Assembly (NCBI GenBank): GCA_046759445.1
Contig: JBHICG010000029.1
Coordinates: 1-38,972, forward strand
Reading direction: 5' to 3'
DNA length: 38,972 nt
Source: Candidatus Scalinduaceae bacterium
GTDB lineage: Bacteria > Planctomycetota > Brocadiia > Brocadiales > Scalinduaceae
A program made the position numbers and the translations under genes. Below, one piece after another: positions 1-9,103 of this stretch. A model generated the notes under the pieces. It worked only from the letters and a program-made list of their open reading frames with translations, ran no database searches and was not told the origin of the DNA. Each line of letters starts with the position of its first letter. Position 1 is the first letter of the stretch.

Positions 1-2
1 TT

Positions 3-128
3 ATAAGAGATGACCTGAATGAAACCGAAGACATGCGAGTACTTGATTATAACGGTCAACTTGCTTTTGAAAGATTTTCTTTTGAGGAATTGGGTGAGAT
101 GATTAAACACGAGGGACACAATATATAA
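3..128 (+). CDS. 3' end of a CDS running in from the left edge (unknown product)
   Basis: Open frame IRDDLNETEDMRVLDYNGQLAFERFSFEELGEMIKHEGHNI* ending TAA at 126-128; protein-like composition; not in the ORF track because truncated. Confidence 0.6.
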   Translation: MRDDLNETEDMRVLDYNGQLAFERFSFEELGEMIKHEGHNI

Positions 129-147
129 GCCCAAAATAAACTAACAC

Positions 148-285
148 CTAAATTGAGCGATTTTTGTTGCCGCAAGCTTCAGGTTGCGTAACTTACGTGA
201 AATTTTCATAAACTCATCAGATGATAGGAAACGCAGGCTAAAGCCTGCGACTACATTGACATACATATAAAATAGCTCAATTTAG
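148..285. repeat. MITE/REPIN-like element: 17-bp terminal inverted repeats enclosing an inverted pair of REP-like palindromes
   Basis: CTAAATTGAGCGATTTT (148-164) vs AAAATAGCTCAATTTAG (269-285), 1 mismatch; inside GTTGCCGCAAGCTTCAGGTTGCG (166-188) and CGCAGGCTAAAGCCTGCGACTAC (232-254). Confidence 0.7.
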
Positions 286-308
286 ATAATAACAACTAGA
301 TTAATGAA

Positions 309-333
309 GTAGGGTAGGCAATGCCCACCCTAC
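309..333. repeat. GTAG-type REP palindrome
   Basis: GTAGGGTAGGCAATGCCCACCCTAC: near-perfect palindrome starting GTAG and ending CTAC. Confidence 0.7.
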
Positions 334-397
334 TTTTAAAGCTTTTTGTGTCTTAGTATTTGTGGTAAATTTTGAAATTCCGATATAATAAATTGCA

Positions 398-1348
398 ATG
401 AACAAAGAAAATAACACAAACGACAGCTTCAAATCGGGAAGCAATCTTGAAAAACTGCTTAAGAAGGGAGAGTTCGTAGTTACGTCAGAACTGGGACCGC
501 CCAGAGGTGCCAGCAGAGAAGCTGTTGAGAAAAAGGCAGAAATCCTCAAAGGCTATGCCGATGCCTTTAACTTAACAGATTGCCAAACAGCAATGGTGCG
601 CCTTTCCAGTATCGCAAGTGGAGTCATACTTATTAACATGGATATGGAACCTGTCATTCAGATGACATGCAGAGATAGGAATAGGATAGCAATCCAAAGT
701 GATATACTAGGCGCTGCAGCCTTAGGTATGAAAAACCTTTTGTGTTTGACTGGAGACCATCAATGCTTTGGTGACCACCCGGATGCAAAAGGTGTCTTCG
801 ACGTAGATTCGATTCAGCTCCTGGATATAGTCAGGCAAATGAGGGATGAAAAGAAATTCCAGTCAGGTGAAGAAATAAAAATTGAACCGCGCCTTTTCCT
901 GGGTGCGGCGGAGAATCCCTTTGCCGATCCTTTCAAATTCCGTGCTATACGCCTTGCAAAGAAGATAAAGGCAGGAACTGATTTTATACAAACTCAGATT
1001 ATCTACAATATAAAGAAATTTGAAGAATGGATGAACATCGTACGAGATATGGGGCTGCATAAGAAAGTATTCATTTTAGCAGGTGTTACTCCTATCAGGT
1101 CTCTCGGAATGGCCAAATACATGAAAAACAATGTTCCGGGTATGGATGTCCCTGATGAGATTATAAAACGCTTAGAAGGCGCAGAAAAGAAAAAGGCTGA
1201 AGGCATAAACATCTGCCTTGAGATAATAGAACAGGTACGAAATATTGAGGGAGTATCAGGAATTCATATCATGGCAATTGAGTGGGAAGACATAGTCCCG
1301 GAAATTGTAGAAAGAGCGGGTTTATTCCCAAGACCTACTCTACTATGA
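398..1348 (+). CDS. metF: 5,10-methylenetetrahydrofolate reductase
   Basis: Motifs VVTSELGPPRG, QMTCRDRNRIAIQSD, LCLTGD, KKIKAGTDFIQTQ, GIHIM typical of the MTHFR family. Confidence 0.92.
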   Translation: MNKENNTNDSFKSGSNLEKLLKKGEFVVTSELGPPRGASREAVEKKAEILKGYADAFNLTDCQTAMVRLSSIASGVILINMDMEPVIQMTCRDRNRIAIQSDILGAAALGMKNLLCLTGDHQCFGDHPDAKGVFDVDSIQLLDIVRQMRDEKKFQSGEEIKIEPRLFLGAAENPFADPFKFRAIRLAKKIKAGTDFIQTQIIYNIKKFEEWMNIVRDMGLHKKVFILAGVTPIRSLGMAKYMKNNVPGMDVPDEIIKRLEGAEKKKAEGINICLEIIEQVRNIEGVSGIHIMAIEWEDIVPEIVERAGLFPRPTLL

Positions 1349-1399
1349 ATCAAAAACCACCTTTCAAGTCTTTACTTGTAAAGGTTTATAAAAATATTG

Positions 1400-1428
1400 T
1401 TGAACTTTATTAGTTAATCTGTTATAAT
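1400..1428 (+). promoter_or_regulatory. sigma70-type promoter with extended -10
   Basis: TTGAAC (1400-1405), 17-nt spacer containing TG at 1420-1421, TATAAT (1423-1428), 36 nt before the ATG at 1465. Confidence 0.6.
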
Positions 1429-1464
1429 TTTGAATCCTAGAAATCCTTAATAAGGAACTTAGAA

Positions 1465-1752
1465 ATGAAAGAAGAGAAAGATAAAAGAGAAAACGCCACC
1501 ATCTGGGGCATTGCTTCCAATAATGAGGATAACCACAAAAGAATTACTAAAGGTGAAAATTTTTACTTATACGGAGGCTCTGAAGACAATCATAACAATA
1601 TGATTGAAAGTGTACTCGAATTTAATGCATTAATAACAAAATATGGTAAACGCTTAGAAGATATCACTGAAAGTGAATATTTTGAAATTGTTAGTAAAAT
1701 AAAAAGAAAAAATATTAATTGGCATTATTTCTTAAATCACTTCAAGAAATAA
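1465..1752 (+). CDS. small conserved hypothetical protein
   Basis: 95 aa with AAGGA RBS; core HKRITKGENFYLYGGSE resembles a hypothetical family I associate with Planctomycetes/PVC bacteria (recall, unverified). Confidence 0.7.
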   Translation: MKEEKDKRENATIWGIASNNEDNHKRITKGENFYLYGGSEDNHNNMIESVLEFNALITKYGKRLEDITESEYFEIVSKIKRKNINWHYFLNHFKK

Positions 1753-1832
1753 TGCGTAACGCTCAAACCACATAAACGTGATTGTATTTCTTTCCTGCTT
1801 TAACAGCACTATAGAAGTAATAAAATATCGTT

Positions 1833-2696
1833 CTAGAAAACACAAATAAGAAAAACCCCTAAAACCATAATAACACTCCCCAAGAACCTTTCTTTTATAT
1901 TTCTTTCATTAAAAAAAACAGCACCATAAACAACACAAAGGAGAAGGCTTAAACGTTTTACTGAGATCATATAAGATACTTCAACAAGGCTAATTGCCTT
2001 TAAATGCGTAATCATCATGATTGCCATAGATGTCCCTATAAGAAGGAAAAGTAATGGTTGGGAAACTAATTTTGGCAAGATACACTCAGTTTTGAAAAAT
2101 ATTATTAGAAATAAAGAAACCGAAAGTAATATCGAATAAAAAATACCAAAGAAAATTGGACTTGAATGTTGTACGGCTACTTTGCCTAGGTTTGTAGTTA
2201 TACTGAATATAAAGGCAACAATAATCATAAGTACAGAACCCTTTTCTTTGCCTATTGCCTTAAATGGTTCAAGAAATCCAAGATTAACAGTATGAACATT
2301 CAGCAAATAAGCGCCAATTGCAATTAAAATTATTCCTATGAAGCCCGCCTTATCAGGCATTTCACCTAAAATCATGTATGATGTCCCAATCAAAAAGACA
2401 GGGGTTAAAGACAAAAAAGGAAGTGTTAATGAGAGAGGTGATACATCTATGGCTTTTATATATAGCAACAAAGCTATTATGTCTAATGGAAGGAGCAAAA
2501 ACGTGATTATAAAAAATACACTATCAAGTTTGGGTATGTCAATAAAAGGAAAGATAAAAATCAGTAAAAAGGCCGCATATCCAAATCTGACCCAGGCCAC
2601 AAGATATGGATCGTTATTAATTAATGCCTTTTTGCTAAGAGCGTCTGCTGTTGCAACACTTAAAGCACACACAAATGCATACATAAACCAGTTCAT
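1833..2696 (-). CDS. EamA/DMT family transporter
   Basis: 287 aa, about 10 hydrophobic segments in two repeats; SLTLPFLSLTPVF and ILGE motifs. Confidence 0.88.
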   Translation of the reverse strand: MNWFMYAFVCALSVATADALSKKALINNDPYLVAWVRFGYAAFLLIFIFPFIDIPKLDSVFFIITFLLLPLDIIALLLYIKAIDVSPLSLTLPFLSLTPVFLIGTSYMILGEMPDKAGFIGIILIAIGAYLLNVHTVNLGFLEPFKAIGKEKGSVLMIIVAFIFSITTNLGKVAVQHSSPIFFGIFYSILLSVSLFLIIFFKTECILPKLVSQPLLFLLIGTSMAIMMITHLKAISLVEVSYMISVKRLSLLLCVVYGAVFFNERNIKERFLGSVIMVLGVFLICVF

Positions 2697-2733
2697 TTAA
2701 ACTGATTTAGGAATTATGGTTTTTAAAAATTTT

Positions 2734-4137
2734 TTAGTAAGCATTTTTACTTATAAATCCCCTCCAAACAGTTAGCCACATTATTTCAAAATCAAGCATA
2801 AGGCTCCAATTTTCTATATAATACAAATCATATTCAATCCTTTTCTCAAGTGATGTATTACCTCTCCATCCATTGGCTTGGGCCCAACCTGTAATGCCTG
2901 CCTTCATCTTATGCCTTAACATATACTTTGGAATCTTATTTCTAAACTGCTGGATAAAGAAAGGTCTTTCAGGTCTAGGACCAACAATGCTCATATCTCC
3001 TTTCAGCACATTAAAGAATTGAGGAAGTTCGTCCATGCTGGTCTTTCTCAGAAATGCACCAATCAATGTCCTGCGATTATCATTTTTTGTTGCCCATACA
3101 GGACCTGTTTCCTCCTCCGCCTGGATTTTCATAGTCCTATATTTCAACATTGTAAAAACCTTACCGTCTAAGCCCATTCGCTCCTGTTTATACAACAAGG
3201 GGCCCTCGGACGTTACTTTTATGAGAAGCGAAATAAAAAGCACTAAGGGTGAAGTAATTAACATTATAAGCAAAGACAATAAAATATCTGTGCTTCTTTT
3301 GATTATTGCATTCCAACCATAAAGCGGTGTATCCCTTAAACTAATTATTGGCATACCTTCGAACTCTCCAATACCACCTCTGAGCGTAGTAAATTCATAC
3401 AAATCAGGAAGTACCATTATTGAGACCATCTCGTCAGCCAGATTGTCAAGAATTGACTTTAACTTCTCATGAACACTAAGGGGAAGAGCTATCAAAACCA
3501 TATCGATTCCATGATTTATTACAACACTTCGAATGTTTTCAAAAGTACCCAGTATTTGAAGCCCTTTTAGAGAATTGCCGACCTGTGAAGTATCCTCACA
3601 TAAAAAACCTCTTATCTCAATTCCGAGTTCTGGATGAGCCTGCATCTTATCAGTGATTTCCTGACCTAAACTTCCCGTCCCAACAACCAAGGCATATCTT
3701 AAATTGTACCCCTTTTTCCTGATTAATCTCAAGAACTCACGAAAAAATATTCTGGTAACACACAAGGCAAAAACGCTTATTACCCAGAAATACAGAAAAG
3801 TAAGCCTTGAAAATTCATATCTTTTTACAAAGAATGTCAATGTAACTAAAATTAAGGTTGCTACGGTAGTTGCCTTAGCAATGTCCATTACCTCAGCAAT
3901 CCTAGACGAGATTCTTCTTGGTCTGTAAAGGCCGAAGGCCTTAAACACTATACCCCAAAGTGGAATCATAATGATAAGGAGAGTAACGTATATGTACAAT
4001 GATGAAAAGCCTTTAGACACAGGAATGATTGGAATATAAAAACGTAGATAGTAAGCCAACACCCAGGAAATTGAAAGTGTTACCCAATCAAAAAGCAGAA
4101 CCAATGTCTCAAAAAATTTGCTGTGTTTTTTTAACAT
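2734..4137 (-). CDS. wcaJ: undecaprenyl-phosphate glucose phosphotransferase (priming GT)
   Basis: N-terminal TM helices, ALVVGTG Rossmann-like domain, C-terminal KR..DI, YKQERMG, LRKTSMDELPQFFNVLKGDMSIVGPRPE, GITGWAQ, DLYYIENWS. Confidence 0.92.
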   Translation of the reverse strand: MLKKHSKFFETLVLLFDWVTLSISWVLAYYLRFYIPIIPVSKGFSSLYIYVTLLIIMIPLWGIVFKAFGLYRPRRISSRIAEVMDIAKATTVATLILVTLTFFVKRYEFSRLTFLYFWVISVFALCVTRIFFREFLRLIRKKGYNLRYALVVGTGSLGQEITDKMQAHPELGIEIRGFLCEDTSQVGNSLKGLQILGTFENIRSVVINHGIDMVLIALPLSVHEKLKSILDNLADEMVSIMVLPDLYEFTTLRGGIGEFEGMPIISLRDTPLYGWNAIIKRSTDILLSLLIMLITSPLVLFISLLIKVTSEGPLLYKQERMGLDGKVFTMLKYRTMKIQAEEETGPVWATKNDNRRTLIGAFLRKTSMDELPQFFNVLKGDMSIVGPRPERPFFIQQFRNKIPKYMLRHKMKAGITGWAQANGWRGNTSLEKRIEYDLYYIENWSLMLDFEIMWLTVWRGFISKNAY

Positions 4138-4142
4138 TTTAC

Positions 4143-5294
4143 TTATTTCTTGAATTCACTATATTTTTGTTTAATATAGTTCTTGATTTTATCCTTAAAT
4201 ATAGCTCTGTCAAAAGATTCTGCATGTTCCCTGATTTTTTTCCTGTCAAATGAGTTCTTTATGCCCTCAAAATTAATTACTGCTTCTACCAAAGACTCAG
4301 GGTTCTGTTCATGAAAGAATATTCCCGTAGAACTATCTATGCCAACATTTTCATCCTTGACATTCAACTTGTTATTATCTAAGGGAACAACAGTCTCCAA
4401 AACACCTCCCTTTCCGTAAGCTATTACGGGCTTCGCACATGCCTGTGCTTCCAAAGGTACAATACCAAAATCTTCCACTCCTGGGAATATTAACGCCTTA
4501 CAATTAACATAGTGATTTCTAACCACTCCATCAGATTGCCATCCAATAAGTTTAATGTTTATGCCTGCCATTTTTTTTAACCTTTTTTCTTCCTGTCCAG
4601 TACCAATTATCTTAAGTGGTAGACCAAGTTTATTGAATGCCTTGATGGCAATATCCACACGCTTATTGGGCGCTAAAGGTGTGACCATCAAGTAAAAATT
4701 CCCATTAGAAATCCCTGGCTTAAAATATGAGCAATCGACTGGTGGATATATTATGTCTGACTCCACACCATAGTATTTTCTAATTCTCTCAGCAATGAAA
4801 CTTGAAATAGCCACAAACCTGTTCACACGCTTGCTGCTTTTTACATCCCACTTTTGCAAGTAACTTAGTACTAAAGAAACAGCCCCTCTTTTGATTATAT
4901 TAGATCTTTCCTTTCCGAAATATAAGTCATATACATCCCAAATGTACCTCATTGGCGTAAAACAGTAACACACATGTAATGTATCAGAGTTTGTTATCAC
5001 ACCCTTTGCAACACAATGGCTACTTGATATAACAAGGCCATAATCTTCGAGATTGAATCTCTCAATAGCGGTAGGAAATATTGGCAAATAATGCCGATAC
5101 TTCTTCTTTATAAGGGGTAGCTTCTGAACAAAGGAAGTACGAATATCCATATTTTCTATTGTGCTTGAAACACTCCCTTTATTATGCAACAGGGTATATA
5201 GGTGAGCATTAGGGAAAAGTTCACAGAATACCTCCAGTACCTTCTCTCCTCCCCGCATACCCGTTAACCAATCATGTACGAGTGCAACTTTCAT
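4143..5294 (-). CDS. glycosyltransferase family 4
   Basis: MKVALVHDWLTGMRGGEKVL start; EDFGIVPLEAQAC GT4 motif. Confidence 0.92.
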   Translation of the reverse strand: MKVALVHDWLTGMRGGEKVLEVFCELFPNAHLYTLLHNKGSVSSTIENMDIRTSFVQKLPLIKKKYRHYLPIFPTAIERFNLEDYGLVISSSHCVAKGVITNSDTLHVCYCFTPMRYIWDVYDLYFGKERSNIIKRGAVSLVLSYLQKWDVKSSKRVNRFVAISSFIAERIRKYYGVESDIIYPPVDCSYFKPGISNGNFYLMVTPLAPNKRVDIAIKAFNKLGLPLKIIGTGQEEKRLKKMAGINIKLIGWQSDGVVRNHYVNCKALIFPGVEDFGIVPLEAQACAKPVIAYGKGGVLETVVPLDNNKLNVKDENVGIDSSTGIFFHEQNPESLVEAVINFEGIKNSFDRKKIREHAESFDRAIFKDKIKNYIKQKYSEFKK

Positions 5295-5402
5295 AACTTT
5301 ACAAGGACATATTTAAAATGGTTATATGCCTTAAAACTGAACAAAACCATTTCTCAAATATATCTTTAGAGAACCCTTCAGATCATAGACTACCCTTATG
5401 AA

Positions 5403-6434
5403 CTAATTCAAATTAATCTGATCGATAACAAAATCCGCTATTACCTTCTGACCATATTGATTAAGGTGTCCGTCATTATGGTAATACATTGGTTTATTTT
5501 CATTTTCCTTATCTTTTAGGACCCGAATTGGATTCAACACGTGAACATCTGAGTTAAGCTTAAATATTTCTCGAATTTTTTTAATAAAAGGGTATTCGTT
5601 TTTTAGTATTTGTTTGGGGTAGTTGAAAATGGAACCAATATGAGTCATATTTTCAAGGTAACACTCATTAACCTGGCAAGCATGTGGAATAACCAAGATA
5701 TAAGCCTCACATTCTCCACGTTTACAATACGAAACAAGTTCTTCTAATTTTTGAAGCAATACATAAAAATCCTTCTTACGTTTTCCTTTAACTAGAATAT
5801 GATTCTCTAAAATCAATGGTTCCGCTTTTATATAAAGCCTTTCTCTTTTATTATATTCTCCTGCAGAGAAATGATTGTCAATATTATGGCTATATACTTG
5901 CTTTAACTTTTCTCTGTTTTTATTACCCTTTCCCGCACTTATCTGTCCCAGTCTATAATTTAAAAAGGAAATTGATCTAAAATAATTTGATGCTTTCCAA
6001 TACATGTTACGTGAGAATGACAAAGTCCTCCAATTAACCGGATATGTAATATCAAAAAGATCGTTTCCAACGTATATCTGATAAATAAAAATGGAAGGCT
6101 TAAATTTTTTAAATCTCTTTGGAGCTATAATTGAAGCTTGTATTGCACCAGTTCCAGAAAGGCCAGAGTTGATAATCCTATAATTTCTCAGGTTTCTTTG
6201 CATAATATAAGGATAACTTTCTTGTCCTGCCGTAAAAGAGTCTCCCATGATAAGAATATTTTTCATACTTCCTTCGTTGTTTAAACCTTTATCCTTATTA
6301 TAAGCTACTAGTTCTGGCATATATGTATCAATAATCTGTAACCTATAAAAAAATTCCAAGACAAATAATAAAAAGATAGAACAGAATAAGATGTAAGCAA
6401 AAAAAAAGCACAGTTTTCTAACTGTTTTGTACAA
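5403..6434 (-). CDS. membrane-anchored SGNH/GDSL hydrolase (possible glycan O-acylation/deacylation enzyme)
   Basis: N-terminal TM; GDSFT block I, VGND block III, DGH block V. TTG start uncertain. Confidence 0.8.
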   Translation of the reverse strand: MYKTVRKLCFFFAYILFCSIFLLFVLEFFYRLQIIDTYMPELVAYNKDKGLNNEGSMKNILIMGDSFTAGQESYPYIMQRNLRNYRIINSGLSGTGAIQASIIAPKRFKKFKPSIFIYQIYVGNDLFDITYPVNWRTLSFSRNMYWKASNYFRSISFLNYRLGQISAGKGNKNREKLKQVYSHNIDNHFSAGEYNKRERLYIKAEPLILENHILVKGKRKKDFYVLLQKLEELVSYCKRGECEAYILVIPHACQVNECYLENMTHIGSIFNYPKQILKNEYPFIKKIREIFKLNSDVHVLNPIRVLKDKENENKPMYYHNDGHLNQYGQKVIADFVIDQINLN

Positions 6435-6690
6435 TTGAAATCTACCAAACCTTATATTGTTGAACTATTTAGGAAATGTTGAAGAAGAAAAAGGAAGGAG
6501 ATAAGTATCTAACTATTCGCTGTTTAAGTTTCTTTTTACTTTTAATGTTTAATGATTTTTTGTGATTATATTATTTTAAAAAAGTTTTTCTACCCATCTT
6601 TCTACCGTTTATTAGTTCTCTGTCCGATATACCCGTAATAAAAATACAAGGATTTATATTAATAGTAAGGATAAAGTGTAGATATCCTTA

Positions 6691-6756
6691 CTATTCTAGA
6701 TTGTTAAGCTCTGGGATATCCTCTATCGTTTCAACAAGTTTCTTTGTTAAGTACTT
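6691..6756 (-). pseudogene. orphan 3' end of a glycosyltransferase gene paralogous to 7751-9103
   Basis: Translates KYLTKKLVETIEDIPELNNLE*; matches KYLTRKLVDIIEEI of the neighbouring GT; 34/41 nt identical by manual alignment. Confidence 0.7.
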
Positions 6757-6785
6757 CTTATAAATATTTTAAAAACTCTAATGAG

Positions 6786-7427
6786 TCATAAGTGAATCAA
6801 TGTCGGAGCCAATTTGGAGAAATAAAATTCAACATCTTTCCACTCAATATTCATTTTTACAAGTGGCTTTATGTCCGGTTCTTTTCTGCTATCTTCGAAA
6901 AATGTGAGTGCTTTGATATAATGGTATAAACTGTCCTCTGGTACAGAAAATTTCACACATACATCCTTTAATATATTTTCTATTTTGATGGAAGTATAAT
7001 TCAGTATCGCGTACAAATCATAGAAATCTTTCCGTGCTCCTCTATCACCAATGGCGCCTATTTTCATAGCTGCTATATCTCGTAAAGACGCGATAGAAAC
7101 ATTGCAGTAATTTTCTAAAGGACAAAGCAAAGGGTATCTGTAATTGAACAAACTGAATTGAACTTCTTTAACTTTACAAACAAAAGAGTTATTTTTAACA
7201 TCAATAGGAACATATGTACCTAACTGAGTTAAATCTTCGGTTAATGGAGTTGCAAGAAAATCATTCGGAGTAAAAAAATCAAGGTCAATAGAAACCCTAT
7301 GACCAAGGAAAAGAGATAATGCCGTTCCACCAGCTAGATAGATACCTCCTATTTTTTCTAAAACAGGCCTTACATTCATCAACAAATCTATCACTTCTTT
7401 GGGAACAGCGTTTGTTTTGAAAGACAT
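6786..7427 (-). CDS. AbiEii/AbiGii-family nucleotidyltransferase toxin
   Basis: YLAGGTAL...GHRVSIDLDFF and DIAAMK...RGARKDFYDLY motifs. Confidence 0.88.
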   Translation of the reverse strand: MSFKTNAVPKEVIDLLMNVRPVLEKIGGIYLAGGTALSLFLGHRVSIDLDFFTPNDFLATPLTEDLTQLGTYVPIDVKNNSFVCKVKEVQFSLFNYRYPLLCPLENYCNVSIASLRDIAAMKIGAIGDRGARKDFYDLYAILNYTSIKIENILKDVCVKFSVPEDSLYHYIKALTFFEDSRKEPDIKPLVKMNIEWKDVEFYFSKLAPTLIHL

Positions 7428-7693
7428 CTAATCCTTGAGATAGGTATGGAAAAATAAAAAGCCCAAAAATAGGCAGTTCTTATTGATAAAGAGCGGTTAT
7501 TCATAACCACCTGTTTTATTGATTGAGAGCCATAATTTTTGAAAATCCATTGAATTCCTTCAAGCCCTCCGTATTGGAGAATCCTTCCAATAATAAAGTC
7601 CCTATGCTTTTGATAATCTATGGATTTCAGAGGCACATCCCAAAAAGCCTGAACTTTATATTGTGTAATGATTTGCGAAAAATTTTTGCTCAT
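7391..7693 (-). CDS. DUF6922-type putative antitoxin
   Basis: FWDV....ID...H..FII.RIL.YG pattern; directly upstream of and overlapping the nucleotidyltransferase by 37 nt. Confidence 0.8.
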   Translation of the reverse strand: MSKNFSQIITQYKVQAFWDVPLKSIDYQKHRDFIIGRILQYGGLEGIQWIFKNYGSQSIKQVVMNNRSLSIRTAYFWAFYFSIPISRIRCLSKQTLFPKK

Positions 7694-7750
7694 GTACTAC
7701 TAAATTGTAAATAATGTCAAGGCGCTAAAACCATGAGTTACATACATCTA

Positions 7751-9103
7751 CTAGAACGAAACTGAGGCTTTAGAATTGCGTATTTCCTCTATTATATCAA
7801 CGAGTTTTCTTGTTAAGTACTTCATCTCGTACTTCCTGTAGGCACCATCTTTCCATTTGAGTTTAAGACTATCCTGTTCCCAGTCTTTATAAAGTTCATA
7901 AATTGCATTCTTAATCCCATCAATATCCTTAGGCCAAACAGTTATTCCCAATCTTTCCTTGATTATCAGATCCTTAGCCTCACCATCAGGTACCAAAGCC
8001 AGGATTGGTTTTCTCGCCCCTATATATTCAAACAATTTACCTGTAAGTATTGATTCCGATCCTTTACACGGACATATTAAAAGTAATAGCAAATCAGCTT
8101 CCATTTGATATTCAATACTCTTGTCATGAGAAACATAACCTGTTAATTCAACTAAATCACCTAAACCCAATCTCTTAACAAAATCTTTGTTATTATCACC
8201 AAAATTACCAACAAAACGTACCCGTATACTTTTAGATATGTCTTTTTCACTTAACAACTTAGATAATCCTTTTAAAAAATAATATGGGCTCTGGTCTATA
8301 TCTAATGGTGGAATATTATCATTAAAGGTGCCAGTAAAGGTTATCAAAAACTTTTTATTATCCTTTCTTTCTTTATCTTTAAAATATTTGAAGTCTTCGT
8401 GGTCATAACCATTTGTAATGGTAATAAACTTCCCTTTGTCTAGCCATGGATATCTCTCAGTATAACCTTTGCGTATTAAATTGGTTGCAAACACAACCTT
8501 GCTGGCCTGTGATAATACTTTAGTTTCCCAAAATTTCTGAAAACGATTATCCCAAAGTCCCCTTGGATTAAGGGTCCATGCATCCCTAAAGTCTATTATC
8601 AAAGGCTTTTTTTTTATTTTGCTTAAAAAAGCGCCAACTAGAAACGCAGACCACGGATAACCAGAAACATATATAACTGATATATCCCTTCTCGACAGAA
8701 GACGTAAACCCGCGTAAATAGCGTTAGGGATCCAATAGTTTTTTTCATCTGGAAACCACAACGAATTATATAATAACTTTCGCAACCATATTATTCTGTA
8801 AGCAAACTTCTTATCATTTACATCATAATCAGTACTTGTGTGGGCCTTACTTTTCAAAAACCTAATGAATCTTGCAATTACCCCTATTTCCTTTGTCCTG
8901 ATTACCTTCACCCTTGCAGGAACCTTCTCAAGTAAAGAAGAATCATTTGGGTGGAAATGATCATATCCATCACGGACAGTTAGTACCACAGGATTCCATT
9001 CATATTCCAACATGTATTTAACAAACTTTAATGTCCTTTGAACGGGCACACCACCAAATGGTGGAAAATAATAAGAAATGATTAATATCTTCTTTTTCTT
9101 CAT
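7751..9103 (-). CDS. glycosyltransferase family 4 (GT-B)
   Basis: ILIISYYFPP.GG..VQR..KFVKY, IIDFRDAW, ADLLLL, GKLFEYIGARKPIL motifs. Confidence 0.9.
   Translation of the reverse strand: MKKKKILIISYYFPPFGGVPVQRTLKFVKYMLEYEWNPVVLTVRDGYDHFHPNDSSLLEKVPARVKVIRTKEIGVIARFIRFLKSKAHTSTDYDVNDKKFAYRIIWLRKLLYNSLWFPDEKNYWIPNAIYAGLRLLSRRDISVIYVSGYPWSAFLVGAFLSKIKKKPLIIDFRDAWTLNPRGLWDNRFQKFWETKVLSQASKVVFATNLIRKGYTERYPWLDKGKFITITNGYDHEDFKYFKDKERKDNKKFLITFTGTFNDNIPPLDIDQSPYYFLKGLSKLLSEKDISKSIRVRFVGNFGDNNKDFVKRLGLGDLVELTGYVSHDKSIEYQMEADLLLLLICPCKGSESILTGKLFEYIGARKPILALVPDGEAKDLIIKERLGITVWPKDIDGIKNAIYELYKDWEQDSLKLKWKDGAYRKYEMKYLTRKLVDIIEEIRNSKASVSF

Noticed and set aside
7691..7720. Own promoter for the TA pair (TTGACA at 7720-7715)
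   Set aside because: No -10 hexamer at 16-18 nt spacing that leaves room before the ATG; not supportable.
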